DNA of 48,692 nt from Ruminococcaceae bacterium UBA6842. Lineage in GTDB: Bacteria; Bacillota; Clostridia; Oscillospirales; Acutalibacteraceae. Of the stretch, positions 34,600-44,452 are shown piece after piece. Below the pieces are notes generated by a model. That model made no database searches. It was given only the letters and a program-made list of their open reading frames with translations, and was not told the origin of the DNA. The stretch lies in the NCBI GenBank assembly GCA_002451855.1, contig DKDS01000048.1:18535-67226 (forward strand), read 5' to 3'. Numbering within the stretch: position 1 is the first letter of the stretch; every line of letters begins with the position of its first letter. The translations under genes were made by a program, and so were the position numbers.

Positions 34600-35654
34600 G
34601 GGTTCTTGACGCTGAATGTAAGAATTTCAGAAACATTGAGTTTTTAAGCTCCGGAAGCTTTGACGAAATGAATGTCATATGCGGAGAAAACGCTCAGGGC
34701 AAAACAAATTTGCTTGAGGCGATATGGCTTTTTACGGGAATGAAAAGCTTCAGAGGCTCAAAGGACTGTGATTTTATCCGTTTCGGAGAAAATGCCGCGG
34801 TCTTAAAACTTAATTTTGAGGCGCAGGGCATAAACGAAGAAGCAAGGCTTGAAATAAAGGAGCACAGAACGGCTTTTTTAAACGGAAAAAAGCTTAAATC
34901 CGTATCTGAGCTTGCGGGAAAATTTAAGGCTATCGTTTTTTCACCCGATGATTTAAGTATTGTAAGCGGCGGACCGTCAAAAAGAAGAAAATTTGCGGAC
35001 ACGGCTATCGGTCAGCTTTATCCGGCATATATAGGAATTTTAAGAAACTATATGCGCGCCGTTACGCAGAGAAACAAAATCATAAAGGATTACAGATATG
35101 ACGGCTCGCTTTCGGTTATGCTTGATGTTTTTGAGGATGAAATAGCCGCAAACGGTGAGAAAATAGTGGCTTTCAGAAAAAGATATTTAACCGCTTTAAA
35201 TGAATTTTTACCGAGTGTATACGGCGGTATTTCGTGTGAAAAGGAAGTCCTTTCAACCGAATATCTTAAAAGCTGTGAAAATTTAAAGGAAGACCTTTTA
35301 AATTCAAGAAAAGAGGATATGTTTTCGGGCGTTACGGCTGTCGGTCCCCACAGGGACGATATTGAGTTTAAAATAAACGGCATTAATGCAAGGGACTTTG
35401 CCTCGCAGGGTCAAAAGCGCAGTGTTGCGCTTTCCTTAAAGCTTGCCGAGGCGGAGGTAATAAACAAAATATCGGGCGAATATCCCGTATTTTTGCTTGA
35501 CGATGTTATGAGCGAGCTTGACCCCGAAAGACAGAATTTTGTTTTAAACCGCATTAAGGGGATACAGTCCTTTATTACCTGCTGTGACCCGTCAAATGTT
35601 AAAAACCTTAAAAAAGGTAAAATCATAAATATAAGAAACGGTAGGATTATTTAA
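34596..35654 (+). CDS. recF: DNA replication/repair protein RecF
   Basis: Walker A GENAQGKTNLLEA, the signature SQGQKRSVALSLKLAE, and Walker B FLLDDVMSELD are present. Confidence 0.9.
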   Translation: MRVLDAECKNFRNIEFLSSGSFDEMNVICGENAQGKTNLLEAIWLFTGMKSFRGSKDCDFIRFGENAAVLKLNFEAQGINEEARLEIKEHRTAFLNGKKLKSVSELAGKFKAIVFSPDDLSIVSGGPSKRRKFADTAIGQLYPAYIGILRNYMRAVTQRNKIIKDYRYDGSLSVMLDVFEDEIAANGEKIVAFRKRYLTALNEFLPSVYGGISCEKEVLSTEYLKSCENLKEDLLNSRKEDMFSGVTAVGPHRDDIEFKINGINARDFASQGQKRSVALSLKLAEAEVINKISGEYPVFLLDDVMSELDPERQNFVLNRIKGIQSFITCCDPSNVKNLKKGKIINIRNGRII

Positions 35655-35917
35655 TGTATATACATTTGGGTCAGGGAACGGTTGTCCGTTCAAGGGATGT
35701 TATCGGAATATTTGACCTTGAAAGCACTACCGTGTCGAAACACTCAAGAAAATTTTTGAATACCGCGGAAAAAAACGGCGATGTAATAACGGTATCGTAC
35801 GAATTGCCGAAATCGTTTGCCGTTGTAAGCGAGGAAAACAAAAAAAGCAGGGTATATATTTCTCAGCTCTCAACTTCTACCCTGCTTAAAAGATCGGGGT
35901 TTATAGATTCTTTATAG
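35654..35917 (+). CDS. remB: DUF370 protein (RemB/YaaB-like)
   Basis: MYIHLGQGTVVRSRDVIGIFDLE...ISQLSTSTLLKR. It has the conserved position between recF and gyrB. Confidence 0.8.
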   Translation: MYIHLGQGTVVRSRDVIGIFDLESTTVSKHSRKFLNTAEKNGDVITVSYELPKSFAVVSEENKKSRVYISQLSTSTLLKRSGFIDSL

Positions 35918-35945
35918 TGTGACAGGTTCGAGTCCTGTCACACTA
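35915..35945 (+). other. tRNA acceptor/T-arm-like minihelix
   Basis: A perfect 12-bp stem, TAGTGTGACAGG (35915-35926) pairing with CCTGTCACACTA (35934-35945), closes the 7-nt loop TTCGAGT. This gives GG-TTCGAGT-CC, the tRNA T-loop consensus, with 7+5 bp geometry. No D arm or anticodon arm is present. Confidence 0.5.
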
Positions 35946-36048
35946 GGCAAGTGAAAATACGCCGAAAATCCGCCGTTTTGGGCGGGTTCGGATTATTCTC
36001 ACTTGCCTAAGATGAACTTCTCATATTATGAAAGGAATGTTTTTTTAA

Positions 36049-37992
36049 ATGAGTAATGACATTACGGCGCCTGTTACGGAAAATTATGATGAAAATTCCA
36101 TACAGGTATTGGAGGGACTCGAGGCGGTGCGAAAGCGCCCCGGTATGTATATCGGCTCTACGGGCGAGAGAGGTCTTCACCATCTGGTTTACGAAATAGT
36201 GGACAACTCGATAGACGAGGCTCTTGCAGGCTATTGCGATAAAATACTTGTTGAATTGCTTGACGACGGCGTGATAAGAGTTACCGATAACGGAAGAGGT
36301 ATACCCGTAGGTATTCATCCTCAAAAGGGAATACCCACAGTAAGCGTTGTATTTACAATTCTGCACGCGGGCGGTAAATTCGGCGGCAGCGGATATAAGG
36401 TTTCGGGCGGTCTTCACGGCGTTGGCGCGTCGGTTGTTAACGCACTGTCAAGCTGGCTTGAAGTAGAAATAGCCGACGGTAAGCATATCTATTTGCAGAG
36501 ATATGAGTGCGGAAACATAAAAACCGATTTAAAGGTAATAGGAGATACCGAAAAAACAGGTACGAAGGTTACCTTTAAGCCGGATCCTACAATATTTACA
36601 GATACTACACGCTATGATTTTGATACCCTTTTATTAAGACTTCGCGAGCAGGCGTTTTTGAATGCCGGCATAAGGGTTGTTTTAAAGGACGAACGCACCG
36701 ACGCGGATATTCCCGGCAGAGAGGAAGACCTGCATTTTGAGGGCGGTATAAAGTCATATGTTGAATTTTTGCTTGAAAAGAGCAAAAAGGACAGATTAAA
36801 TCAGGATGTTATATATTTAAGCGGTTCCTCGGGCGACTCTATGGCGGAAATAGCGCTTCTTTGGAGTACGGGGTACGATACCAAAATTATGTCCTTTGCA
36901 AACACCATTCACACGGTGGACGGCGGTACGCACGAAAGCGCTTTCAAGACAAGTCTTGCCAGAGTTATAAACAAATATGCGAGAACCTTTAAGTTTTTAA
37001 AGGATAACGACGCCAATTTAAAGAGCGAGGATATAAACGAGGGTCTTGTGGCGGTTGTAAGCGTTAAGCTTACGGATGCGCAGTTTGAATCGCAGACCAA
37101 GGCAAAGCTCGGAAATACCGCGATAGGCACGCTTGTAAACAATATAGTTGCCGAAAAGATGATGAACTATCTTGAGGATCATCCGGCAGAGGCAAAAATT
37201 ATTCTTGATAAGTCGATTGCTTCCTCAAACGCCCGTGAGGCGGCACAGAAAGCAAGAGAGCTGCAAAGAAATAAATCGGGCATAGGCGGCAAAACCAGAA
37301 TGCCCGAAAAGCTTACAGACTGTATTTCGAGCGACCCGACAAAGACAGAAATATTTATAGTCGAGGGAGACAGTGCGGGCGGCTCGGCAGTAGAGGGCAG
37401 AAACAGCACCTATCAGGCTATACTCCCTCTTTGGGGTAAAATGCTTAATGTTGAAAAGGCAAGGGTGGACAAGGTATACGGCAACGATAAGCTAACCCCC
37501 GTTATAGTGGCTCTCGGCACGGGAATTGCCGAAAACTTCGATATAACAAAGCTTCGTTACGATAAAATCGTTATTATGGCGGATGCCGATGTCGACGGCT
37601 CGCACATCAGAACGCTTTTGCTTACATTCTTCTTCCGCTATATGCCGCAGCTTATTGAAACAGGGCATATATACTTAGCTCAGCCTCCGCTTTACAGGGT
37701 TGCAAAGGGGAAGAGATATTTTGACGCCTTTACCGATGAGGAAAAGGACAGATATGTAGCGGAACTCGGCGGAGACCCCGATGTTCAGCGGTATAAGGGT
37801 CTTGGTGAAATGAACCCCGAACAGCTGTGGGAGACGACACTTGACCCCGAGCACAGAACAATGCTACGGGTTACTATGGAGGACGCCGAAATCGCCGATC
37901 AAACCTTTACAATGCTTATGGGCGAAGAGGTAGAGCCGAGAAGAAAATTCATTGAAGAAAACGCGGTATTCGCGACAGATTTGGATATATAA
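36049..37992 (+). CDS. gyrB: DNA gyrase subunit B
   Basis: LEGLEAVRKRPGMYIGST, the GHKL ATPase motifs, the Toprim EGDSAGG and PLWGKMLNVE are present. Confidence 0.95.
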   Translation: MSNDITAPVTENYDENSIQVLEGLEAVRKRPGMYIGSTGERGLHHLVYEIVDNSIDEALAGYCDKILVELLDDGVIRVTDNGRGIPVGIHPQKGIPTVSVVFTILHAGGKFGGSGYKVSGGLHGVGASVVNALSSWLEVEIADGKHIYLQRYECGNIKTDLKVIGDTEKTGTKVTFKPDPTIFTDTTRYDFDTLLLRLREQAFLNAGIRVVLKDERTDADIPGREEDLHFEGGIKSYVEFLLEKSKKDRLNQDVIYLSGSSGDSMAEIALLWSTGYDTKIMSFANTIHTVDGGTHESAFKTSLARVINKYARTFKFLKDNDANLKSEDINEGLVAVVSVKLTDAQFESQTKAKLGNTAIGTLVNNIVAEKMMNYLEDHPAEAKIILDKSIASSNAREAAQKARELQRNKSGIGGKTRMPEKLTDCISSDPTKTEIFIVEGDSAGGSAVEGRNSTYQAILPLWGKMLNVEKARVDKVYGNDKLTPVIVALGTGIAENFDITKLRYDKIVIMADADVDGSHIRTLLLTFFFRYMPQLIETGHIYLAQPPLYRVAKGKRYFDAFTDEEKDRYVAELGGDPDVQRYKGLGEMNPEQLWETTLDPEHRTMLRVTMEDAEIADQTFTMLMGEEVEPRRKFIEENAVFATDLDI

Positions 37993-38006
37993 AGGGGTGA
38001 GAAGAA

Positions 38007-40535
38007 ATGGCAAAGCAAGAAAATGTGTATTGGCCGAGCGATGAAGAAACCAAAATCGTTCCGGTTGAAATAGTAGACGAAATAAGGGGCAGTATGCTCC
38101 AGTATTCAATGTCGGTGCTTGTAGGTCGTGCCATACCCGATGTGCGCGACGGTTTAAAGCCCGTTCACAGAAGAATACTTTACACAATGTTTGAAAACGG
38201 ACTGACGCCCGACAAGGCGTACCGTAAATGCGCCGATACCGTAGGTTCGGTACTCGGCCGTTACCATCCGCACGGCGACGCCAGCGTTTACGACGCAATG
38301 GTGCGTATGGCACAGGACTTCTCTCTCCGTTATCCTTTAATTGACGGTCACGGAAACTTCGGTAACATAGACGGTTACCCCGCGGCCGCCTACCGTTATA
38401 CCGAGTCGAGAATGAACAGGTTATCTCTTCATATGCTCGACGATATAAACAAGGAAACGGTTGATTTTCAGCCGAACTACGATAACCGCTTAAACGAGCC
38501 TGAGGTTCTGCCTGTCAGATTTCCGCAGCTCTTAGTTAACGGCTCTTCGGGTATAGCCGTAGGTATGGCTACCGAAATTCCGCCGCATAACTTAGGCGAA
38601 GTAATCGACGGTATGTGCGTCCTTATCGATAACCCCGAGGCTGATTTGCAGGAAATTTGCCAGTATATAAAGGGACCCGATTTCCCGACGGGCGGCATTA
38701 TAATGGGCAGAAGCGGTATCCGCGCGGCTTACGCTACGGGCAGGGGTAAAATAACCCTCAGAGGCAAAGCCGAAATAGAGGAAACCAAAAACGGCAAATA
38801 CCGCATAGTTATAACCGAAATTCCCTACAAGGTACGCAAAAAGGACCTTGTTAAGGCAATTTACGATCAGGCGGCGGACAAGAAAATCGAGGGTATAGAG
38901 GATGTTGTGGACTACTCCTCAAAGCGTGACGGCGGTATCAGAATTATCGTTGATTTAAAGAAGGATGCCAACCCTCAGGTAGTGCTTAACAAGCTTTACA
39001 AAAACACCGCTTTGCAGACCACAATAGGCGCAATTCTGCTTGCTATTGTAAACGGCAAGCCGCAGATATTAACGCTTAAGGATATGCTCCAAAACTGCAT
39101 AGACTTCCAGTGCGATATTATCCGCCGCCGTACCGCTTACGATAAGCGCAAGGCAGAGGAGCGCGCCCACATATTAGAGGGTCTTAAAATAGCGCTTGAC
39201 TTTATCGACGAGGTTATTAAAATAATCCGTTCAAGCAAGACTATACCCGAAAGCAAGCAGGCGCTGTCCGACCGCTTCGGGCTTGACGATATTCAGACCA
39301 CCGCAATCGTACAGATGCAGTTAGGTAAGCTGTCGGGTCTTGAAAAACAAAAAATTCTTGACGAATTGCAGGAAAAGCTGGACTTTATAAAAGAGTGTGA
39401 AGCAATTTTAGCAAGCCATGAGCGTATACTTGATATAGTAAAGACCGAGGCTTTAAATCTCCGTGATAAATTCTCAGACGACCGCCGCACCGAAATTACC
39501 GATGTTGTGGGCGATGTTGATATTGAGGATCTTATCCCCGAGGAGCAGTGCGTGCTTACAAAAACGCAGAACGGCTTTATTAAGCGACTTCCTGCTGATA
39601 CCTATAATGTTCAGCACCGCGGCGGCAGAGGAATCACGGGTATGACCACAAGAGAAGACGACACGGTTGAAAATATGTTTGTCTGCTCCTCGCACGATTA
39701 CATTATGCTGTTCTCAAACCTCGGCAGAATGTACCGTATCAAGGCGTATGAAATACCCGAGGGCAGCCGTACCTCAAAGGGAATGAATATTATAAATATT
39801 CTGCCCCTTATGCCCGAAGAAAAGATAACCATTATTTTGCCTGCCTCCGAGCTTGACGAGGAGCGCTATATTACAATGGTTACAAAGAAGGGTATTATCA
39901 AGCGCACCAAGCTTTCCGAGTTCAGAAACACAAGAAAGAGCGGTATTATCGCAATATCCATAGACGATGACGACGAGCTTACCTTTGTTAAGATGACAAA
40001 CGGGGATAATAACCTGTTTATCGCCACTAAAAAGGGTATGGCTATTCAGTTTAATGAAAATCAGGTAAGAGCTATGGGCAGAGGTGCCAGAGGCGTTAAG
40101 GCTATTACAATGAAGCCCGACGACTATGTGGTTTCAATGGAAATAACCGGTGACGACACCAAGCTTTTAACCATTACCGAGACAGGCTACGGCAGAATAA
40201 GTCCGATAAGCGATTACCGTCTGCAATCCCGCGGCGGTAAGGGTCTTACAAACTATCGTGTTGAAAAATACGGCGATGTTGCGGCATCACTTGCCGTTAC
40301 GGGTGAAGAGGATATTATAATGATAGCCTCAAACGGCATAATAATAAGGATATTCTCGGGCGATATTTCCACCTTTGCCCGTCCTGCCAAAGGCGTTCGC
40401 GTGATGAAGGTGGGAGACGGTGAAAAGATACTTTCCGTCGCCGTTACAGAGCACAGCGACGAGGAACCCACCGTTTTACCCGAAACACCCGACGCGGACG
40501 CGGGTGTGGCAGAGGAAAACGGGGAAGAAGAATAA
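38007..40535 (+). CDS. gyrA: DNA gyrase subunit A
   Basis: The active-site/QRDR region HPHGDASVYDAMVRMAQ, AAAYRYTE, and a C-terminal beta-pinwheel with an acidic tail are present. Confidence 0.95.
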   Translation: MAKQENVYWPSDEETKIVPVEIVDEIRGSMLQYSMSVLVGRAIPDVRDGLKPVHRRILYTMFENGLTPDKAYRKCADTVGSVLGRYHPHGDASVYDAMVRMAQDFSLRYPLIDGHGNFGNIDGYPAAAYRYTESRMNRLSLHMLDDINKETVDFQPNYDNRLNEPEVLPVRFPQLLVNGSSGIAVGMATEIPPHNLGEVIDGMCVLIDNPEADLQEICQYIKGPDFPTGGIIMGRSGIRAAYATGRGKITLRGKAEIEETKNGKYRIVITEIPYKVRKKDLVKAIYDQAADKKIEGIEDVVDYSSKRDGGIRIIVDLKKDANPQVVLNKLYKNTALQTTIGAILLAIVNGKPQILTLKDMLQNCIDFQCDIIRRRTAYDKRKAEERAHILEGLKIALDFIDEVIKIIRSSKTIPESKQALSDRFGLDDIQTTAIVQMQLGKLSGLEKQKILDELQEKLDFIKECEAILASHERILDIVKTEALNLRDKFSDDRRTEITDVVGDVDIEDLIPEEQCVLTKTQNGFIKRLPADTYNVQHRGGRGITGMTTREDDTVENMFVCSSHDYIMLFSNLGRMYRIKAYEIPEGSRTSKGMNIINILPLMPEEKITIILPASELDEERYITMVTKKGIIKRTKLSEFRNTRKSGIIAISIDDDDELTFVKMTNGDNNLFIATKKGMAIQFNENQVRAMGRGARGVKAITMKPDDYVVSMEITGDDTKLLTITETGYGRISPISDYRLQSRGGKGLTNYRVEKYGDVAASLAVTGEEDIIMIASNGIIIRIFSGDISTFARPAKGVRVMKVGDGEKILSVAVTEHSDEEPTVLPETPDADAGVAEENGEEE

Positions 40536-40577
40536 ATATTTAAGGGTACAGAGGATAATTTGAGCGAGGTGTAAAAA

Positions 40578-41651
40578 ATGGAAAATGAAAATTTAAACGG
40601 CAATGAAACCGAAAATCAGACTCCGCAGTATGAAGCACCGGGAGTTTCATATGCTCCGCCCTCCGGCTATGTTACCTTTGTACCCTACGGCTTTACCCCT
40701 AAAACCTACGAAGAAAAAAAGGGTATCAGAAAAAAGGGACTGATGATAGGCCTTTCCTTTATCATTCAGCTTTTTATATCAACCTTTTGGGCGGTCGGGT
40801 ACTATTTTGTTATGAAAAGGCTCGGCTTTACAACCTTGAAGGCACAGCAAATAATAACGGAGCCTGCGGCGCTTCAGGTGGCGCAGATAGTTTTGTCAAT
40901 CTTGCTTTTCACACTGCCGTATATTGTTATTTTTAAATCGTTCGGCGTTAGAATAGGGGAATTGATGTCCTTTAAAAAGCCGGAAAGAAAAACCGCTTTG
41001 CCGCTTTTCTTTTTGGGAACGGCGTTCTGCGCCTTTGCGAATGTCGCAACCTCGCAGGCAAGCCGAATTTTTGAAAGCTTCGGTATAGACTATAATGTCG
41101 ATTTCGGCGAGGACCCGAAGGGCTTTTTCGGGTTTTGCCTTGCTTTTATATCGACCGTGATAGTTCCCGCAATGGTTGAGGAGTTCGCCCTCAGAGGGAT
41201 AGTTTTAGGCTCGCTCAGAAAATTCGGGGACGGCTTTGCGATACTTGCCTCGGCGATACTTTTCGGACTTATGCACGGAAATTTCGAGCAAATGCCCTTT
41301 GCTTTTATAATCGGCATAATTTTGGGATTTGTAACGGTAAAAACAGGCTCGCTCTTGGTTTCAATGGCCATTCACGGCTTTAATAATTTTATTTCGGTCG
41401 CGTTCAGCTATTTTCTGGGTTCGGTTTCACAGTCGGCGCAAAATGTTATCTATACGCTGGTTTTAATGGCGCTTATGCTTGCCGGCATAGTATCAATCCT
41501 GTTCCTTGAAAACCAAAATGAGCTTTTCACTCTAAGACCGTCCGACACCGAAAGCCGCCTTTCAAAGAAAATGAAGTGGTTTTTCACTTCGCCCTGTATT
41601 ATAATTTTCACTGTTTTCTGCCTTTTGGAATCTTTACAGTTTTTTATTTAG
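40578..41651 (+). CDS. CPBP-family intramembrane glutamic endopeptidase (CAAX protease-like)
   Basis: It is a polytopic protein with EEFALRG, FGLMH and HGFNN motifs. Confidence 0.75.
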   Translation: MENENLNGNETENQTPQYEAPGVSYAPPSGYVTFVPYGFTPKTYEEKKGIRKKGLMIGLSFIIQLFISTFWAVGYYFVMKRLGFTTLKAQQIITEPAALQVAQIVLSILLFTLPYIVIFKSFGVRIGELMSFKKPERKTALPLFFLGTAFCAFANVATSQASRIFESFGIDYNVDFGEDPKGFFGFCLAFISTVIVPAMVEEFALRGIVLGSLRKFGDGFAILASAILFGLMHGNFEQMPFAFIIGIILGFVTVKTGSLLVSMAIHGFNNFISVAFSYFLGSVSQSAQNVIYTLVLMALMLAGIVSILFLENQNELFTLRPSDTESRLSKKMKWFFTSPCIIIFTVFCLLESLQFFI

Positions 41652-41662
41652 GTGGTTAAAAT

Positions 41663-42298
41663 ATGTTTAATTTCTATTTCAAACAGGATTTTTCGGGATT
41701 TGACCGCAGCGCCCTTTTGGCTGTAATGACTGCTTTTGTCATTTTTTCGGCTGTCGCGGCGGCGATAGGCATAGTACTTTATATTCTGCGCGCGGTAGGC
41801 ATTTACAAAATGTCAAAAACCGCGGGGCTTGAATACCCGTGGCTTAGCTTTATCCCTGTCGCAAGCTCCTACACGCTTGGCAGACTTGCGGAAAAATACC
41901 GCAAAAGCCCTACGGAAAAGCCCTTTAAATACAGTATTTTACTGCTTGTTATGCATATAATAGAAAAAATTGTTGCGGTAGTATTTTTTGTTTTGTTCTG
42001 TTTTATATCGGTCGAAACGGTACGCACCGTGATAAGCGTTGCGATGTATGACGGCGAGATTGACCCTAATATGGCGCTTGCGCTTATTCCGTTTTTTGTG
42101 CTGTCGATTGCCGTGATTTTTACGGAGCTTGCCTTTGCGGTTATAAAGTACATAGCCTTATGGCGTGTTTATTCGCTGTTTGACGGAAGAAATGCGGTTC
42201 TTTATACAGTTTTGTCGGTGCTTTTCGGTTTCCTTGAGCCTGTATTTATTTTTGTTTTAAGAAATAAACAGCCGGTATATAACCCTTATGAACAGTAA
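41663..42298 (+). CDS. Integral membrane protein of unknown function
   Basis: This 211-aa ORF has about 4-5 hydrophobic segments. I recognised no family motif. It overlaps the tadA start by 11 nt. Confidence 0.45.
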   Translation: MFNFYFKQDFSGFDRSALLAVMTAFVIFSAVAAAIGIVLYILRAVGIYKMSKTAGLEYPWLSFIPVASSYTLGRLAEKYRKSPTEKPFKYSILLLVMHIIEKIVAVVFFVLFCFISVETVRTVISVAMYDGEIDPNMALALIPFFVLSIAVIFTELAFAVIKYIALWRVYSLFDGRNAVLYTVLSVLFGFLEPVFIFVLRNKQPVYNPYEQ

Positions 42299-42746
42299 AT
42301 TTATGTCGGCGGCGATAGAGCTTGCGAAAGAGGCGGCGGCAGAGGGCGAGGTTCCTGTCGGCGCGGTTATAGTTAAGGACGGCGAAATCATAGCCTCCTC
42401 ACGAAATATGAGAGAGGAAAAGCAAAACGCTCTTTCTCACGCTGAAATCGAAGCTATTAACACCGCCTGCGAAAAATTAAATTCATGGCGGCTTGACGGG
42501 TGCGAGCTTTATGTTACGCTTGAGCCGTGTCCGATGTGCGCCGGTGCAATAATCAACGCGAGAATTAAAACTCTTGTTTTCGGAGCGTACGACGGCAAGG
42601 CGGGAAGTATCGACAGCGTGGTAAGGCTTTGCGATTATCCCTATAACCACAAGCCTGAAATTTACGGGGGCATAATGGAAGACGAATGTACCGCCGTAAT
42701 GCAGGATTTTTTTAAAAAAATAAGAGACAAAAACCTTTCTTTTTAA
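42288..42746 (+). CDS. tadA: tRNA adenosine(34) deaminase TadA
   Basis: The zinc motifs HAEIEAI and PCPMCAGAI (CDA fold) are present. The size is 152 aa. Confidence 0.9.
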   Translation: MNSKFMSAAIELAKEAAAEGEVPVGAVIVKDGEIIASSRNMREEKQNALSHAEIEAINTACEKLNSWRLDGCELYVTLEPCPMCAGAIINARIKTLVFGAYDGKAGSIDSVVRLCDYPYNHKPEIYGGIMEDECTAVMQDFFKKIRDKNLSF

Positions 42747-42755
42747 GACGATGGA

Positions 42756-42796
42756 AAATACCCTCCGTGTACACCTGTACGCAGAGGGTATTTTTG
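42756..42796. terminator. Bidirectional terminator between tadA and spoVB
   Basis: The stem ATACCCTC (42758-42765) pairs with GAGGGTAT (42784-42791). An inner GTACA/TGTAC pairing is possible. A-runs and T-runs lie on both sides. Confidence 0.6.
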
Positions 42797-42814
42797 AACG
42801 GCTGAGAGCATTTT

Positions 42815-44341
42815 TCAGTGTTTTTTTGTGAAATTCCGTATATCGTCGGGACTTAAAACCCCGAAAAGCATAAGAAAAACAAGGTATACGGGCAGTGAAA
42901 TCACGCATATAAGTATTATGTAAACCAAATTGCCCGTTACGATTTTTTTAAGCAGAGTTTCCGCAGTAAGGACGATAATAAAGGCACAGCCAAGCGGCAA
43001 GAAAACTTCTTTGACAAAATAAAGCCTTGCACGGCTTACCTTTAAAAGCCTGCCTACATTCAAGCCGCAGGTAAGCGCATTTGAAAAATACATTATCCAT
43101 ATAAATCCCCTGAGACCGAATATCGGCAGTAATATCAAAATTAAAAATATTCTGATTACGGAATCGGAAATTGCGGTGCGGAACGAAAATGCCTGTTGAT
43201 CAAGTCCCTTTAAAATTCCGTCCGAAATGCTGTCGAGATACATAAGCGGCACTATGGGTGAAAGCGCCCTTAAAAGCTCGCCCACGGCAGGGTCCTTATA
43301 AAGCAGCATTCCTATTTCCCTGCCGGCGCAGAAAAAAACGGCGGCGAAGATAAAGGAAACAAGAGCGGTAAGCTTTAAAACATTTTGGGTGGCGCTCCTT
43401 ACAAGTCCCTTTTGATTTTTTGCGCTCGCTTCGGAAATTTCGGGTATAAGCAGGGTAGAGACCGAGTTTAAAAGGGTGGACGGGAAAAACAGTATCGGCA
43501 GAGCCATACCCTTTATCATACCGAACTGCGAAAGGGCGTTACTGCCGCCGAACGGGTATTTTGCGAGATTTTTGGGTACAAGTATATTTTCGGCGGTTCG
43601 AAGCGCCGTGTTAAGGTATCTGCCAGAGGTAATGGGCAGAGCGATATGGAAAATTCTTTTAACCACGGGCTGCGGGGGTCTTGAATTTGCGGCTGTTATT
43701 TTAAGCTTTTTAGTATCGAACAGCCATATTACCCATAAAAGCAGGAAAGAGCATATCTCCGCCGCGCAGTCGGCAAAAAGCACGGCGCCGCAGCACGCCG
43801 CCAGTCCCTTTTTGTAAAAGCTTTTTACCAAAATAACCACAAGAATTATTCTTACCGCCTGTTCGAAAAGCTGTGAAACGGCGTTGGGGGTTATTTTGCG
43901 CCTTGCTATAAAATATCCCCTTAAACAGGAGGTTATTCCCATAAACGGGAGCGACAGCGGCAGAATTTTAAGCGCCGGAACGGCACGGATATCGCCTAAA
44001 AACCGAGACGCTATAAATTCCGCCCCGAAAAATACCGTAATTACCGTAGCTAAAGCAATTATAAGGGTAAGCTCCACCGAACGCCGCATAATTTTGGCGG
44101 CGCCCTTTTTGGTGCCCACCGCAAGCTCCTCGGCAATGAGCCGTGTTACCGCCGTGCAGATTCCGCTTGCCGCAAAGGTGGACGCAAGCATATATACGCT
44201 GAAAACGAGCTGATAAAGTCCTATACCCTCGGAACCGATAAGCTTTGCAAGCCATACCTTGAATATTATTCCCACGAAACGCAGAATAAGGGAAGAAACG
44301 GTCAGTATCAGGGCGTTTTTGATAAATAATGTTTTCTTCAA
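42815..44341 (-). CDS. spoVB: Stage V sporulation protein B (MOP/MurJ-like flippase family)
   Basis: It can be aligned by eye with B. subtilis SpoVB: IGSEGIGLYQL and SCLRGYFIARRKITPNAVSQLFEQAVRI. It has about 14 TM segments. Confidence 0.7.
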   Translation of the reverse strand: MKKTLFIKNALILTVSSLILRFVGIIFKVWLAKLIGSEGIGLYQLVFSVYMLASTFAASGICTAVTRLIAEELAVGTKKGAAKIMRRSVELTLIIALATVITVFFGAEFIASRFLGDIRAVPALKILPLSLPFMGITSCLRGYFIARRKITPNAVSQLFEQAVRIILVVILVKSFYKKGLAACCGAVLFADCAAEICSFLLLWVIWLFDTKKLKITAANSRPPQPVVKRIFHIALPITSGRYLNTALRTAENILVPKNLAKYPFGGSNALSQFGMIKGMALPILFFPSTLLNSVSTLLIPEISEASAKNQKGLVRSATQNVLKLTALVSFIFAAVFFCAGREIGMLLYKDPAVGELLRALSPIVPLMYLDSISDGILKGLDQQAFSFRTAISDSVIRIFLILILLPIFGLRGFIWIMYFSNALTCGLNVGRLLKVSRARLYFVKEVFLPLGCAFIIVLTAETLLKKIVTGNLVYIILICVISLPVYLVFLMLFGVLSPDDIRNFTKKH

Positions 44342-44452
44342 TTAACTTCCACTCCCTTAATTAAAGCTTATGATAACGGGAGCATTTTAATGAGTTGAAA
44401 AAATCGCAAAAGCATAGTATAATGTAATCGAATGAAATTAAGGAGGTGCGGT

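Noticed and set aside
36007-36417. 136-aa minus-strand ORF
   Set aside because: It is antisense to the 5' end of gyrB and has no support.
42747-42814. SRP (scRNA) gene, which follows tadA in B. subtilis
   Set aside because: The spacer holds only a single bidirectional terminator hairpin. There is no SRP domain IV-like sequence.
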